IMG/VR virus record: IMGVR_UViG_3300027734_000056 | Coordinates: 10,061-74,060 of that record | DNA from: a virus | DNA length: 64,000 nt | Reading direction: 5' to 3' (one strand) | Part shown: in pieces, positions 21,449-30,347 of the stretch | How positions within the stretch are numbered: position 1 is the first letter of the stretch | How the letters are laid out: each line of letters begins with the position of its first letter | Notes under the pieces: generated by a model | The model's input: only the letters and a program-made list of their open reading frames with translations | Databases searched by the model: none | Told to the model about the DNA's origin: nothing | Translations under genes and position numbers: made by a program

Positions 21449-22198
21449 ATGGCTGTAGAAAGAATAAAAATAACACCTGACTATATAATAGCAAAAAATT
21501 CCGATGGTATAATAACTTATAGTGCAGGTACTGTTCCTGCTACTGGAACTGAATTTCCAAGCTATTTAAGAAGTACAGAAACAAGTGATACTATTAATGT
21601 TAATAGTGGTTATGATATATACTATAATCAACTAGCCCCAATACCTTATCCCATAAATAATATAAGCGGAATTCCAACTACTCAACCAGGTGGATCAATA
21701 TTTAGTATAACCCAAATACCTGTAATAACTGCTAATGCAGATATATTTAATTTTACATTAACAGAACCTGGAGTTTATACAATTGTACCAACTTTATGGT
21801 TTACTGAATCTGGTTCACCTCAAAATTATAAAAATACAACTGCATATGCTACTAATACTGGTAATTTGGCATATATTTCAACTACTTTTAATGCTACATT
21901 TGGTGGATTTTATTTAGCTAGTTATCAATTTAGTGATGATAGTAAGGGCTGGTTTGGTCCATGTGATGGGAACGGTGATTTGATGAGTGTAAGTTTTAAT
22001 TATGGTATGGATAACCCAGATAGCACAAGTTTAAGTGTTCCAGCAAGTTATAGTACTACATATACTACTTCACTATTAAAAGCAAGCATTAGTGCAACTG
22101 AATTAGCTTCAGCAGGTATTAGCAGTAGCTGGGCAAGAGGAATTATAAAAGTATTATACTACTCTCGTGGTTATTTAAAATTAAGGTATACAAAATGA
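21449..22198 (+). CDS. Hypothetical tail-tip accessory protein
   Basis: 249 aa beta-rich ORF starting 1 bp after the previous stop. Confidence 0.55.
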   Translation: MAVERIKITPDYIIAKNSDGIITYSAGTVPATGTEFPSYLRSTETSDTINVNSGYDIYYNQLAPIPYPINNISGIPTTQPGGSIFSITQIPVITANADIFNFTLTEPGVYTIVPTLWFTESGSPQNYKNTTAYATNTGNLAYISTTFNATFGGFYLASYQFSDDSKGWFGPCDGNGDLMSVSFNYGMDNPDSTSLSVPASYSTTYTTSLLKASISATELASAGISSSWARGIIKVLYYSRGYLKLRYTK

Positions 22199-22716
22199 TT
22201 GATATATCTTCGACAGGTATTCGTGTACAAGCTCAAGGTAATACAGTACCAGAATTAACTGGTAATACTCAATTAACAACTTATTTAACAACAGCTAGTG
22301 GAAGTTGCACATTTACAGGAAACTCAGGCAGCTATCGTCAAATCATAAATTTGAGTAATAGTACGGTTAGTATAATAGCAAAAAGCTATAATACTTATCA
22401 AAGTAACTTTACTCACTTTTATGTAATTTATATAACGCCTACTAATTTACCTACTGGCAGCCCCTTAATGCCTTTATTAAATAAAAAATTTCAATTGTGT
22501 ATGCCAATACCTTATCAGGTAGCTAATAGTACTACAACTTATAGACTAGATAAGTTTGATGTATTAACAGGTAGATTAGTATATGGTAGCCCAAGTTACA
22601 TAGAATTTCAAGCGTATGATGCTACAAATTTGGATAGCTTAAATCCAATTGCGCAAAGCTCAATTAGTTTTAATTGGCAGATTCATACTTATTATTATAA
22701 AAACTATATTTATTAA
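22195..22716 (+). CDS. Hypothetical tail-tip accessory protein
   Basis: 173 aa; ATGA overlap with the previous gene. Confidence 0.55.
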   Translation: MIDISSTGIRVQAQGNTVPELTGNTQLTTYLTTASGSCTFTGNSGSYRQIINLSNSTVSIIAKSYNTYQSNFTHFYVIYITPTNLPTGSPLMPLLNKKFQLCMPIPYQVANSTTTYRLDKFDVLTGRLVYGSPSYIEFQAYDATNLDSLNPIAQSSISFNWQIHTYYYKNYIY

Positions 22717-22720
22717 AACT

Positions 22721-22939
22721 ATGGATTTATCAAACAAACAAGTGATAGTTAAGTCGCTAATAAATAATGCAATACCTGAACCCGAAACTGTGGTAACTGT
22801 TATTATTTATGAAATTATATCAACAGGTATAAGAAAAAATGTAGGCGAATACGATATTACATTACGTAACGTATTATACTATGACCTGCAAGACCCTCAA
22901 CTGATGCAAGCTGTACTACTACAACTTGCTGAAATCTAG
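22721..22939 (+). CDS. Small hypothetical protein
   Basis: ATG 22721 lies 4 bp after the previous stop and is more plausible than the ORF-track start at 22649. Confidence 0.55.
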   Translation: MDLSNKQVIVKSLINNAIPEPETVVTVIIYEIISTGIRKNVGEYDITLRNVLYYDLQDPQLMQAVLLQLAEI

Positions 22940-22947
22940 GAACAAAA

Positions 22948-24012
22948 ATGGCGGCAAATAATTTAAAAGTAATTTATGATAATGTAATAGATTACTCAAC
23001 TACCACACTTTCAGCAGATAGTGTTGCAGGTGCATCTTATGCAGCAGCAAATCTTAAAAAAGACGCAAAAAGCCAAACTTGGCGCAGTACGGCAAAAACT
23101 GCTACCTTAACAGTTGGCTTTGGCTCAGGCACGTTTAGTGGATATATTACAGGTACAACGCTTGTAGTTACAACTGCACCTACCATTACACTAGCACCAA
23201 ATCAAGTTATCACAGGTGGTAGTATTGCAGCAGGTACTTACATTACAAGTTTTGGCACAGGTACTGGCGGTACGGGTAATTATGTAGTCAATACCAGTCA
23301 AACTGTGGGCAGTAGTGGCTCACCTATTACTGTAACTGCTGCAAATGCAAGGGTTTTAAGTGGTGTGCTACTGGCATTTACCAATTTAACTAGTACAGCT
23401 ACAATTACAACCACTGCCATAAATGTAATTGCAGGTGTAAACCCCAGCGCATTAGGTGCTGTACTGGCCAGGCCGTGGACAGACACAGCTTGGGACAGTA
23501 CATTTTTACCTGCCAACAGCAGCAGCTATAGTTATGGTGCTGGAAGCCATGCCAGAATCTGGTTTAGCAGCGACGTAACTTGTACGGGACTTACTATTTT
23601 AATAACTGATACGGCTAATAGTAACAGCTATCTAGAAGCAAGTAGGCTGATAGTAGGCAAGTCGTGGAGTCCAAAATACAATACAGAATTTGGCATAGAA
23701 GTTGGGGTAAAAGATTTAAGCAGTCAATCAAGAACTGAAAGCGGTGATTTAATTACCACCCGCGGTGTACGTTACAAAACTTTAAATTTCAACTTAAATT
23801 GGCTAACATACACTGACCGTACAACTTTTGTAAATTTACTAAAAACTAGTGGTTTAAGCAGGCCGCTGGCAGTTAGCTTATTTCCAAATAATAGTGACGA
23901 CTGGGATGCTGAAGGGTTATACCAAATATTTGGAAAATTAACAGATACAGCAGCTGTTACACATCCAATGTTTACTGTATACACAAGTTCAGTAAGCATA
24001 GAAGAAATATAA
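22948..24012 (+). CDS. Distal-tail (Dit)-like protein with an inserted Gly/Thr-rich module
   Basis: AANLK...TWRST N-terminus and YLEASRLIVG..WSPKYN..G..D.S...RTESG C-terminus; insert FSGYITGTTLVVT...GTGTGGTGNYVVNTSQTV; AGGA upstream. Confidence 0.55.
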   Translation: MAANNLKVIYDNVIDYSTTTLSADSVAGASYAAANLKKDAKSQTWRSTAKTATLTVGFGSGTFSGYITGTTLVVTTAPTITLAPNQVITGGSIAAGTYITSFGTGTGGTGNYVVNTSQTVGSSGSPITVTAANARVLSGVLLAFTNLTSTATITTTAINVIAGVNPSALGAVLARPWTDTAWDSTFLPANSSSYSYGAGSHARIWFSSDVTCTGLTILITDTANSNSYLEASRLIVGKSWSPKYNTEFGIEVGVKDLSSQSRTESGDLITTRGVRYKTLNFNLNWLTYTDRTTFVNLLKTSGLSRPLAVSLFPNNSDDWDAEGLYQIFGKLTDTAAVTHPMFTVYTSSVSIEEI

Positions 24013-24042
24013 AAATAGCCTCCATTAGGGGGCTATTTTTTT
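24011..24042 (+). terminator. Intrinsic terminator
   Basis: AAAAATAGCCTCC-ATTA-GGGGGCTATTTTTTT. Confidence 0.85.
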
Positions 24043-24045
24043 AAC

Positions 24046-24074
24046 TTGACTGATTTTTGCTAACATGGTATAAT
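24046..24074 (+). promoter_or_regulatory. Sigma70-type promoter for the fibre/lysis operon
   Basis: TTGACT-17 bp-TATAAT with extended -10 TG. Confidence 0.87.
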
Positions 24075-24138
24075 AGTACCAAAAATATGTAATAGATTTT
24101 AAATTTAAATACTAAATTGCTGTCAAGGAGTACATCAC

Positions 24139-24480
24139 ATGGAAATAACAGACCCATCAAATATATCCCAGTGGCTTACGGCAGCTTTTTTGGCTGTAGT
24201 TGGACTAGCTATGGGATTGCAAGTAGTAGTTAAAAACTGGAAAGCAAATAGTACAGAATCAGCTTTATTAAAGATGATGCATGATGAATTAGAACGTATG
24301 AGTGCGCAAAACTTAATACTAAGCCAAGAAATTGGCAAATTGCAAGCTGAACTAGTAAACTTAAGCAATCAACTTAGTGAATTAACTAGTGAAAATACTA
24401 AACTGCGTGTTGAAGTCAGCAACTTAAATACTGAAATTACCAGACTACATGGTATTATAAAAACAAAGGCGGTAGTATGA
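24139..24480 (+). CDS. Membrane-anchored coiled-coil protein
   Basis: N-terminal hydrophobic helix (WLTAAFLAVVGLAMGLQVVV) followed by a Leu heptad coiled coil; AAGGAG upstream. Confidence 0.7.
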   Translation: MEITDPSNISQWLTAAFLAVVGLAMGLQVVVKNWKANSTESALLKMMHDELERMSAQNLILSQEIGKLQAELVNLSNQLSELTSENTKLRVEVSNLNTEITRLHGIIKTKAVV

Positions 24481-25064
24481 CTGATGCAGTAAAAATAAAT
24501 TATAAAATTATGCAAGGCAATACTTTTTCAGAAACACTGCGCTGGGAAAGCGGTGAAAAAGTTTATAAGCCTATTACTGCAATAACACAAAGTGCACCAC
24601 TAACCCTTACTAGTACAGCACATGGTATTCCACCACAATGGCGTATTAAAATCAGCAACGTGGTAGGCATGACTGACATTAACAGCAGTGATATATATAG
24701 ACTGGGCGAACCTACTACAGCTAATGTAATAACTATTAATGACATTAACAGTGTAGGTTACCGTGCTTATACAAGCGGTGGTATACTAGAATACAATAAA
24801 CCTGTTGATATGACAGGGTATACTGCAAAAATGCAAATTAGACCAAATGTAGATAGTAGTACATTAATTTATGAAATGACTACTAGTAATGGCGGTGTTA
24901 CAATTGATAATACAAATAAAAAGATAACTTTATTTATTCCTGCAACTGTAACTAGTACATTTAATTTTACAACTGCAGTTTATGCACTTGAAATTTATGC
25001 AGGTACCACAAGCTTTGTGTTAATTTATGGCAGCATGGGATTAACCAAAGAGGTTGTAAAATGA
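24477..25064 (+). CDS. Side-fibre collar/anchor (T5 p132/LtfC-like) with an inserted module
   Basis: IMQGNTF...PVDMTGYTAKMQIR...AVYALEI beta-sandwich interrupted by ITAITQSAP..TAHG..ISNVVGMTDIN; directly upstream of the long fibre, as in T5. Confidence 0.65.
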   Translation: MTDAVKINYKIMQGNTFSETLRWESGEKVYKPITAITQSAPLTLTSTAHGIPPQWRIKISNVVGMTDINSSDIYRLGEPTTANVITINDINSVGYRAYTSGGILEYNKPVDMTGYTAKMQIRPNVDSSTLIYEMTTSNGGVTIDNTNKKITLFIPATVTSTFNFTTAVYALEIYAGTTSFVLIYGSMGLTKEVVK

Positions 25065-28000
25065 CAGAAATAGTAAAATTTGTTAATACTATAATTGTTG
25101 AAAATGCCGTAACCAGCGAAACTATTGTTAGTGGCGTGCAGGGACCACCAGGTGCAACAGGCCCACAAGGGCCTGCTGGCGTTGCAGGTACTGCAGGTGC
25201 ACCAGGTCCACAAGGCACTCCAGGTGCTGTATTAGTAAATTTAGCCAATAGTGTACAACTGCCAGTAAATTTAACTAGTGGTCAAGCGCTTTATAATTAT
25301 GCGCTAGGAGCCAGTACGGATTATGGTGACAGACTATTTATAGGTGTACCAAGTGGCAGCGGTGTTACTGGTGTGCTTGTTGGCGGAAAGTATTATACTG
25401 ATTTACTGGATACGGCCACTAGCTTGGCTACTGCTGGTATGCTTGTAAAAAGAGATAATACAGGCAAGCTAACAGGTGATATTACTGGTAACAGTGCCAC
25501 TGCTACAAAATTGTCCACAGCAAGAAGCATAAGTTTAGCTGGAGATGTGGCTGCTAGTGCAGTAAATTTTGACGGTACTACTAATATACAATTAAGTGCT
25601 GCACTTGCAACACAAACTGGTTTAACTACTGGTACTTATGGTAGTAGTACATTGGTACCTATAATAACTGTTAATAGTAAAGGTGTTATTACAGCTATTA
25701 GCACCCAAACTATAACTGGCGGTAGCAGTGGAAGCAGCACTTTATTATTGGGTGCAGATAATTCTAGTTATGGATCAGTGGTCAGCGGCAGCAGTTTACA
25801 AATATTAGGCGGAACTGGTATTACTACAAGTGCTGGTAATAATACTGTAACAATTGGTGTTAATAATAATATTGCCACAACCAGCGGCACCCAAACGCTT
25901 ACTAATAAAACTATTAGCACTAATAGTACTTGGGCAGGTAATACTATTAGTCAAAGCCGCGGCGGTACTGGAAGTACAACTGGTAGCATTGTTACAGATA
26001 GTGATTTAACTTTTGGTAGCGGTGGTACGCTTTACTTAAGTGCACAAACAATAGACGTTGGTGGTAGTAGTTTAACAAATTTAACAACACCACAGCAAGA
26101 TAGTGATGCAACTACCAAAGCTTACGTGGATGCACTTAAGCAAGGCTTGGATATAAAGGACTCAGTTAAAGTTGCTACTACAACTAATATTACGCTATAT
26201 GGGCAACAATCAATTGATGGTGTAAGCGTACTTGCTGGCCAGCGCGTATTAGTAAAAAATCAAACTAATGCTAGTGAAAATGGTATATGGAACGTAGATT
26301 ACCAATATTGGTATAGAAGTAGTGATGCTGATACTGATTTAAAAGTAACGGCAGGATTATTTACATTTGTAGAGCAGGGTACACAAAATGGTGGAAATGC
26401 CTTTACATTAATTACAACTGGCACAGTTACACTAGGTGTTACTGGTTTAACGTTTACACAGTTTAGTGGTGGCGGCACAGTGTTAGTTGGCAGCGGTTTA
26501 ACTAAAACTGGCAATACAATATCTGCAAATTTTAGTGGCAGCTATAATGATTTAATTAACAAACCAACTATACCAGCTGCACAAGTGCAGACTGATTGGA
26601 ATGCTACTAGTGGATTAGGTGTTATCCTAAACAAACCCGCACTATTTGATGGTAATTATAATAGCTTAACCAATAAACCTACACTATTTGATGGTAATTA
26701 TAATAGCTTAAGTAATAAACCTACCATACCAGCTGCACAAGTGCAGACTGATTGGAGTGCTACTAGTGGATTAGGTGTTATTCTAAACAAACCCACACTA
26801 TTTGATGGTAATTATAATAGCTTAACCAATAAACCTACACTATTTGATGGTAATTATAATAGCTTAAGTAATAAACCTACCATACCAGCTGCACAAGTAC
26901 AAAGTGATTGGGCAGCTGTAAGTGGGTTGGGTGTTATCCTAAACAAACCCACACTATTTGATGGTAATTATAATAGCTTAAGTAATAAACCAACTATACC
27001 AGCTGCACAAGTACAAACTGACTGGAATGCAACAACTGGTTTAGGTGCTATTTTAAATAAACCTAATTTTGTTGCGGTAGCTACTAGTGGCAATTATAAT
27101 GATTTAACTAATAAACCTACTCTATTCAGTGGCAACTATATAGACTTAACTAATAAACCAACAATACCAGATGCATATACACTACCAATAGCAACTACTA
27201 GTACACTAGGCGGTGTTAAAGTTGATGGCTCAACAATCACTATTAATAACGGAGTTATTAGTAGTTCAGGCGGTGGTGGTGGTGGTAGCGGTACTTCGGG
27301 AATTGATCATAAAACATATACAGCTACAGCTGGACAAACTACTTTTAATGTAGCATATACTATACCATATGTAAATGTATTTGTCAATGGTATTAGATTA
27401 TCTCCAGAAGACTATAGTGCAATTAATGGTACTAGCATAGTATTAACCGCTGCCTGCGCAATCAATGATATAGTTAATTTAGTTGGATTTAGTGCTTTAT
27501 CAATTACTACAGCCAATACAGCCGTAGCACTAGCAACTCCGCGAGCTATTAATGGTGTAAATTTTGACGGATCAACCGCAATCACTATAACAGCAGCAGC
27601 AAGTACATTAACTGGTACTACGTTGGCTAGCGGTGTAACAGCCAGCAGCCTTACTTCACTAGGTACTATTGCAACTGGTGTTTGGAATGGTTCAAGTATC
27701 AGCACAACTTATACAGATGCCAAAGTTACTAGTGTAAATGGTAGCACTGGTGCTATAGCTGGATTGGCAACTGAAACTTATGTTACTACGGCATTAAGCG
27801 CTAAAGTAAACACTTCTGCACTTGCAACTGTAGCTACCAGCGGCAGCTACACAGATTTAACAAATAGATTTACTGGCTATGACTATGAAATACACGTTAG
27901 TCAAGTAGACGGAAACGATACTACTGGTAATGGTGACTTGTTAAATCCAGTTGCCACGATTACCAAAGCAATGACTTTAGTAAGTACACAAAGAAGAAAA

Positions 28001-29530
28001 GTAATTGTTCACTCTGGCGGTTATACTGAAAACTTCACAATAGATTTATCTTATGTAACATTAACTACTGAAGCACAAAAAGGTGACGATGTTGTAATTA
28101 CTGGAACTATAACTGCAAACAAAGGCTGTACTATTTCAGGTTTAAAAATGACAAACCTGACGATTACAGCAGCTACAGGAACAGGAAGTGTAAACATACT
28201 TGGTTGTGATATTACCGGTACACTTACAAAAAGCGGTGCTGCCGACTATACTCTTATTCGTTTTTGCGATATTGGCACTACAAACATTACTGGTAGCGGT
28301 GGTTTAGTTGCCATATTTGGGGGTAATCCTAACTTCATTACAATCAATAATGCTGGAGCAAGGGTAATTGTTAAAAACGCTGTTACTGTTTCTCCAGTTT
28401 TAACTGCAGGAAACGCAAACTTTGTAGACAGCATATTACCAGCCATTGCAGTCCAATGGGTTTCTGGTACAACTTATGCTGTTGGTAATTATGTTTTCAA
28501 TTCAGGTTTTACTTATCTTCGTATAATTGCTGGTGCTGGTACTACTGCTCCTGCTTCTGATACTGCCAATTGGTTAGTTCAGACTCCATTAAATGGTATC
28601 GACACTAGAAATGCTATAACTACTGCTCCCGGAACTATTGTTACCTTAGCTAATAGTCAATTTATTGTACCAACATATAACAATGTTGCCAGAGTTTCAT
28701 TAAGTGGTTTCTACTCAATTTTCAACTGTGTATATGACAAGCCAAACTCAACTTTGGCGGCATCGTCAGCAAGTGGCGGGTCAACTAATTCTGTTGATTA
28801 TTTTCAGTACATTAATGCTGATAGATTGATACTGGCAACAGGTGGTCAGATTACATTTCCAGACGGCAGTGTTCAAAATACAGCAGTACCTACTTATTCA
28901 ATAACAACTGCTGCAGCAAGTGCTAGTGGCAGTTTAAGCTTAACTGGTAATACATTTACATTTACTCCACCTGTAATACCTACAGTACCTACTTATTCAA
29001 TAACAACTGCTGCAGCAAGTGGCAGTGGCAGTTTAAGTTTAAGTGGCAGTACATTTACATTTACTCCATATGCTTTAGCTCAAGCAACTACTAGTACACT
29101 AGGCGGTGTTAAAGTTGATGGCTCAACAATTACTATTGATGCTGCTACTGGTGTTATTAGTAGTTCAAGTGGAGGTGGTAGTGGAACTACTTATTCAATA
29201 ACAACTGCTGCAGCAAGTGGTAGTGGCAGTTTAAGTTTAACTGGCAGTACATTTACATTTACTCCACCTGTAATACCTACAGTACCTACTTATTCAATAA
29301 CAACTGCTGCAGCAAGTGGCAGTGGCAGTTTAAGTTTAAGTGGCAATACATTTACATTTACTCCATATGCTTTAGCTCAAGCAACTACTAGTACACTAGG
29401 CGGTGTTAAAGTTGATGGCTCAACAATTACTATTAATGCTGCTACTGGTGTTATTAGTAGTTCAGGTGGAGGTGGTGGTAGTGGAGTTACTACTGGCAAG
29501 GCTATTGCAATGGCCATAGTATTTGGATAA
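25061..29530 (+). CDS. Long side tail fibre
   Basis: 1489 aa with collagen-like GPPGATGPQGPAG, ATATKL.TAR.I, DATTKAYVD, NKP tandem repeats and LGGVKVDG repeats; beta-helix-like segment (VSQVDGNDTTGNG..NPVATITKA); C-terminus AIAMAIVFG. Confidence 0.85.
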   Translation: MTEIVKFVNTIIVENAVTSETIVSGVQGPPGATGPQGPAGVAGTAGAPGPQGTPGAVLVNLANSVQLPVNLTSGQALYNYALGASTDYGDRLFIGVPSGSGVTGVLVGGKYYTDLLDTATSLATAGMLVKRDNTGKLTGDITGNSATATKLSTARSISLAGDVAASAVNFDGTTNIQLSAALATQTGLTTGTYGSSTLVPIITVNSKGVITAISTQTITGGSSGSSTLLLGADNSSYGSVVSGSSLQILGGTGITTSAGNNTVTIGVNNNIATTSGTQTLTNKTISTNSTWAGNTISQSRGGTGSTTGSIVTDSDLTFGSGGTLYLSAQTIDVGGSSLTNLTTPQQDSDATTKAYVDALKQGLDIKDSVKVATTTNITLYGQQSIDGVSVLAGQRVLVKNQTNASENGIWNVDYQYWYRSSDADTDLKVTAGLFTFVEQGTQNGGNAFTLITTGTVTLGVTGLTFTQFSGGGTVLVGSGLTKTGNTISANFSGSYNDLINKPTIPAAQVQTDWNATSGLGVILNKPALFDGNYNSLTNKPTLFDGNYNSLSNKPTIPAAQVQTDWSATSGLGVILNKPTLFDGNYNSLTNKPTLFDGNYNSLSNKPTIPAAQVQSDWAAVSGLGVILNKPTLFDGNYNSLSNKPTIPAAQVQTDWNATTGLGAILNKPNFVAVATSGNYNDLTNKPTLFSGNYIDLTNKPTIPDAYTLPIATTSTLGGVKVDGSTITINNGVISSSGGGGGGSGTSGIDHKTYTATAGQTTFNVAYTIPYVNVFVNGIRLSPEDYSAINGTSIVLTAACAINDIVNLVGFSALSITTANTAVALATPRAINGVNFDGSTAITITAAASTLTGTTLASGVTASSLTSLGTIATGVWNGSSISTTYTDAKVTSVNGSTGAIAGLATETYVTTALSAKVNTSALATVATSGSYTDLTNRFTGYDYEIHVSQVDGNDTTGNGDLLNPVATITKAMTLVSTQRRKVIVHSGGYTENFTIDLSYVTLTTEAQKGDDVVITGTITANKGCTISGLKMTNLTITAATGTGSVNILGCDITGTLTKSGAADYTLIRFCDIGTTNITGSGGLVAIFGGNPNFITINNAGARVIVKNAVTVSPVLTAGNANFVDSILPAIAVQWVSGTTYAVGNYVFNSGFTYLRIIAGAGTTAPASDTANWLVQTPLNGIDTRNAITTAPGTIVTLANSQFIVPTYNNVARVSLSGFYSIFNCVYDKPNSTLAASSASGGSTNSVDYFQYINADRLILATGGQITFPDGSVQNTAVPTYSITTAAASASGSLSLTGNTFTFTPPVIPTVPTYSITTAAASGSGSLSLSGSTFTFTPYALAQATTSTLGGVKVDGSTITIDAATGVISSSSGGGSGTTYSITTAAASGSGSLSLTGSTFTFTPPVIPTVPTYSITTAAASGSGSLSLSGNTFTFTPYALAQATTSTLGGVKVDGSTITINAATGVISSSGGGGGSGVTTGKAIAMAIVFG
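26540..27170 (+). repeat. Coding tandem array of 72-nt (A) and 42-nt (B) units, order ABBABBABA
   Basis: A = TIPAAQVQ(T/S)DWxAxxGLGxILNKP; B = (T/A)LFDGNYNSL(T/S)NKP. Near-identical at DNA level. Confidence 0.9.
28891..29484 (+). repeat. 297-bp direct duplication containing 99-bp sub-repeats
   Basis: TACTTATTCAATAACAACTGCTGCAGCAAGTG occurs at 28891, 28990, 29188 and 29287. Confidence 0.9.
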
Positions 29531-29540
29531 GGAATAAAAA

Positions 29541-29903
29541 ATGGCAAATCCCAACATAGTAAACGTAGCAAATATTTATGGTAAAATAGCAGGTTTGGCA
29601 GTTACTACAACTGCTAGTGCTATTGTTTCAAATACCACAGGCTCAGGCAAAATTTTAAAAATTAACTCTTTAATTATCGCAAATGTAAACGGAACAAGTA
29701 GTGCTGACGTTACAGTTGATGTATTTAAAAATCAAACTACTAGTTATCGTGTAGCATTTACCATTACTGTGCCTAACGACGCTACTTTAGTAGTAATATC
29801 AAAAGATAGTAGTATATATCTAGAAGAAAATGATTCTTTAAGAATATTAGCAAGCGCTAACTCTTATTTAGAAGCTATATGCAGTTACGAGGAAATTAGC
29901 TAA
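29541..29903 (+). CDS. Small fibre adaptor-like beta-sandwich protein
   Basis: 120 aa, MANPNIVNV...IYLEENDSLR...SYEEIS; AAGGA upstream; immediately follows the fibre. Confidence 0.65.
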   Translation: MANPNIVNVANIYGKIAGLAVTTTASAIVSNTTGSGKILKINSLIIANVNGTSSADVTVDVFKNQTTSYRVAFTITVPNDATLVVISKDSSIYLEENDSLRILASANSYLEAICSYEEIS

Positions 29904-30331
29904 TGACTTTTAACTACTTTGATAATAAAAGCATACTAGGTAAAAACACAAAACAAGTTGTTAAAGGAATTAGTAGTTTAAGTTCAGAGCAAGGTGGTGC
30001 AATTACGTTTATTAGCAGCTCCAGTCCTTTTACTGATAACATTACTGGCACTAGTCAAGTTACAACACAAGGTTCAGTTAGTATTATTTATGAAGTAGGT
30101 GGAATTGTAACGCTTAACTGGAGGCTTGATACAAGCAGCGAACCCAGCTATGATTTTGGCACGTTAGTATTAAATGGTATTCAGTTGGCTCGTATAAGTG
30201 GTAATCCTAATTCTCAAAGTGGATCTATACAAATGCCTTCAGGAACAAATACGTTAAATCTTATTTACACTAAAGACGATACTGTTGATGTTGGCTCGGA
30301 TAACACAACAGCGTTTTGGTCGTTTACGTAA
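29903..30331 (+). CDS. Small putative receptor-binding / lectin-like protein
   Basis: 142 aa; jelly-roll-like W.LDTSSE.SYDF...L.YTKD.TV..GSD segment; TAATG coupling. Confidence 0.5.
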   Translation: MTFNYFDNKSILGKNTKQVVKGISSLSSEQGGAITFISSSSPFTDNITGTSQVTTQGSVSIIYEVGGIVTLNWRLDTSSEPSYDFGTLVLNGIQLARISGNPNSQSGSIQMPSGTNTLNLIYTKDDTVDVGSDNTTAFWSFT

Positions 30332-30347
30332 ACAAACAGGAAATAAA

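Noticed and set aside
26540-27170. Possible CRISPR array
   Set aside because: The units are multiples of 3, contiguous, lack unique spacers and lie in frame within the fibre gene. No cas genes are present.
28891-29484. Possible diversity-generating retroelement TR/VR pair
   Set aside because: Differences between the copies are not adenine-specific, both copies are coding and tandem, and there is no reverse transcriptase in the window.
30285-30347. ORF-track upstream start extensions (also 2232, 22649, 34660, 42348, 42719, 52688, 56323)
   Set aside because: Downstream ATGs have better ribosome-binding sites or stop-start coupling and avoid needless overlaps.
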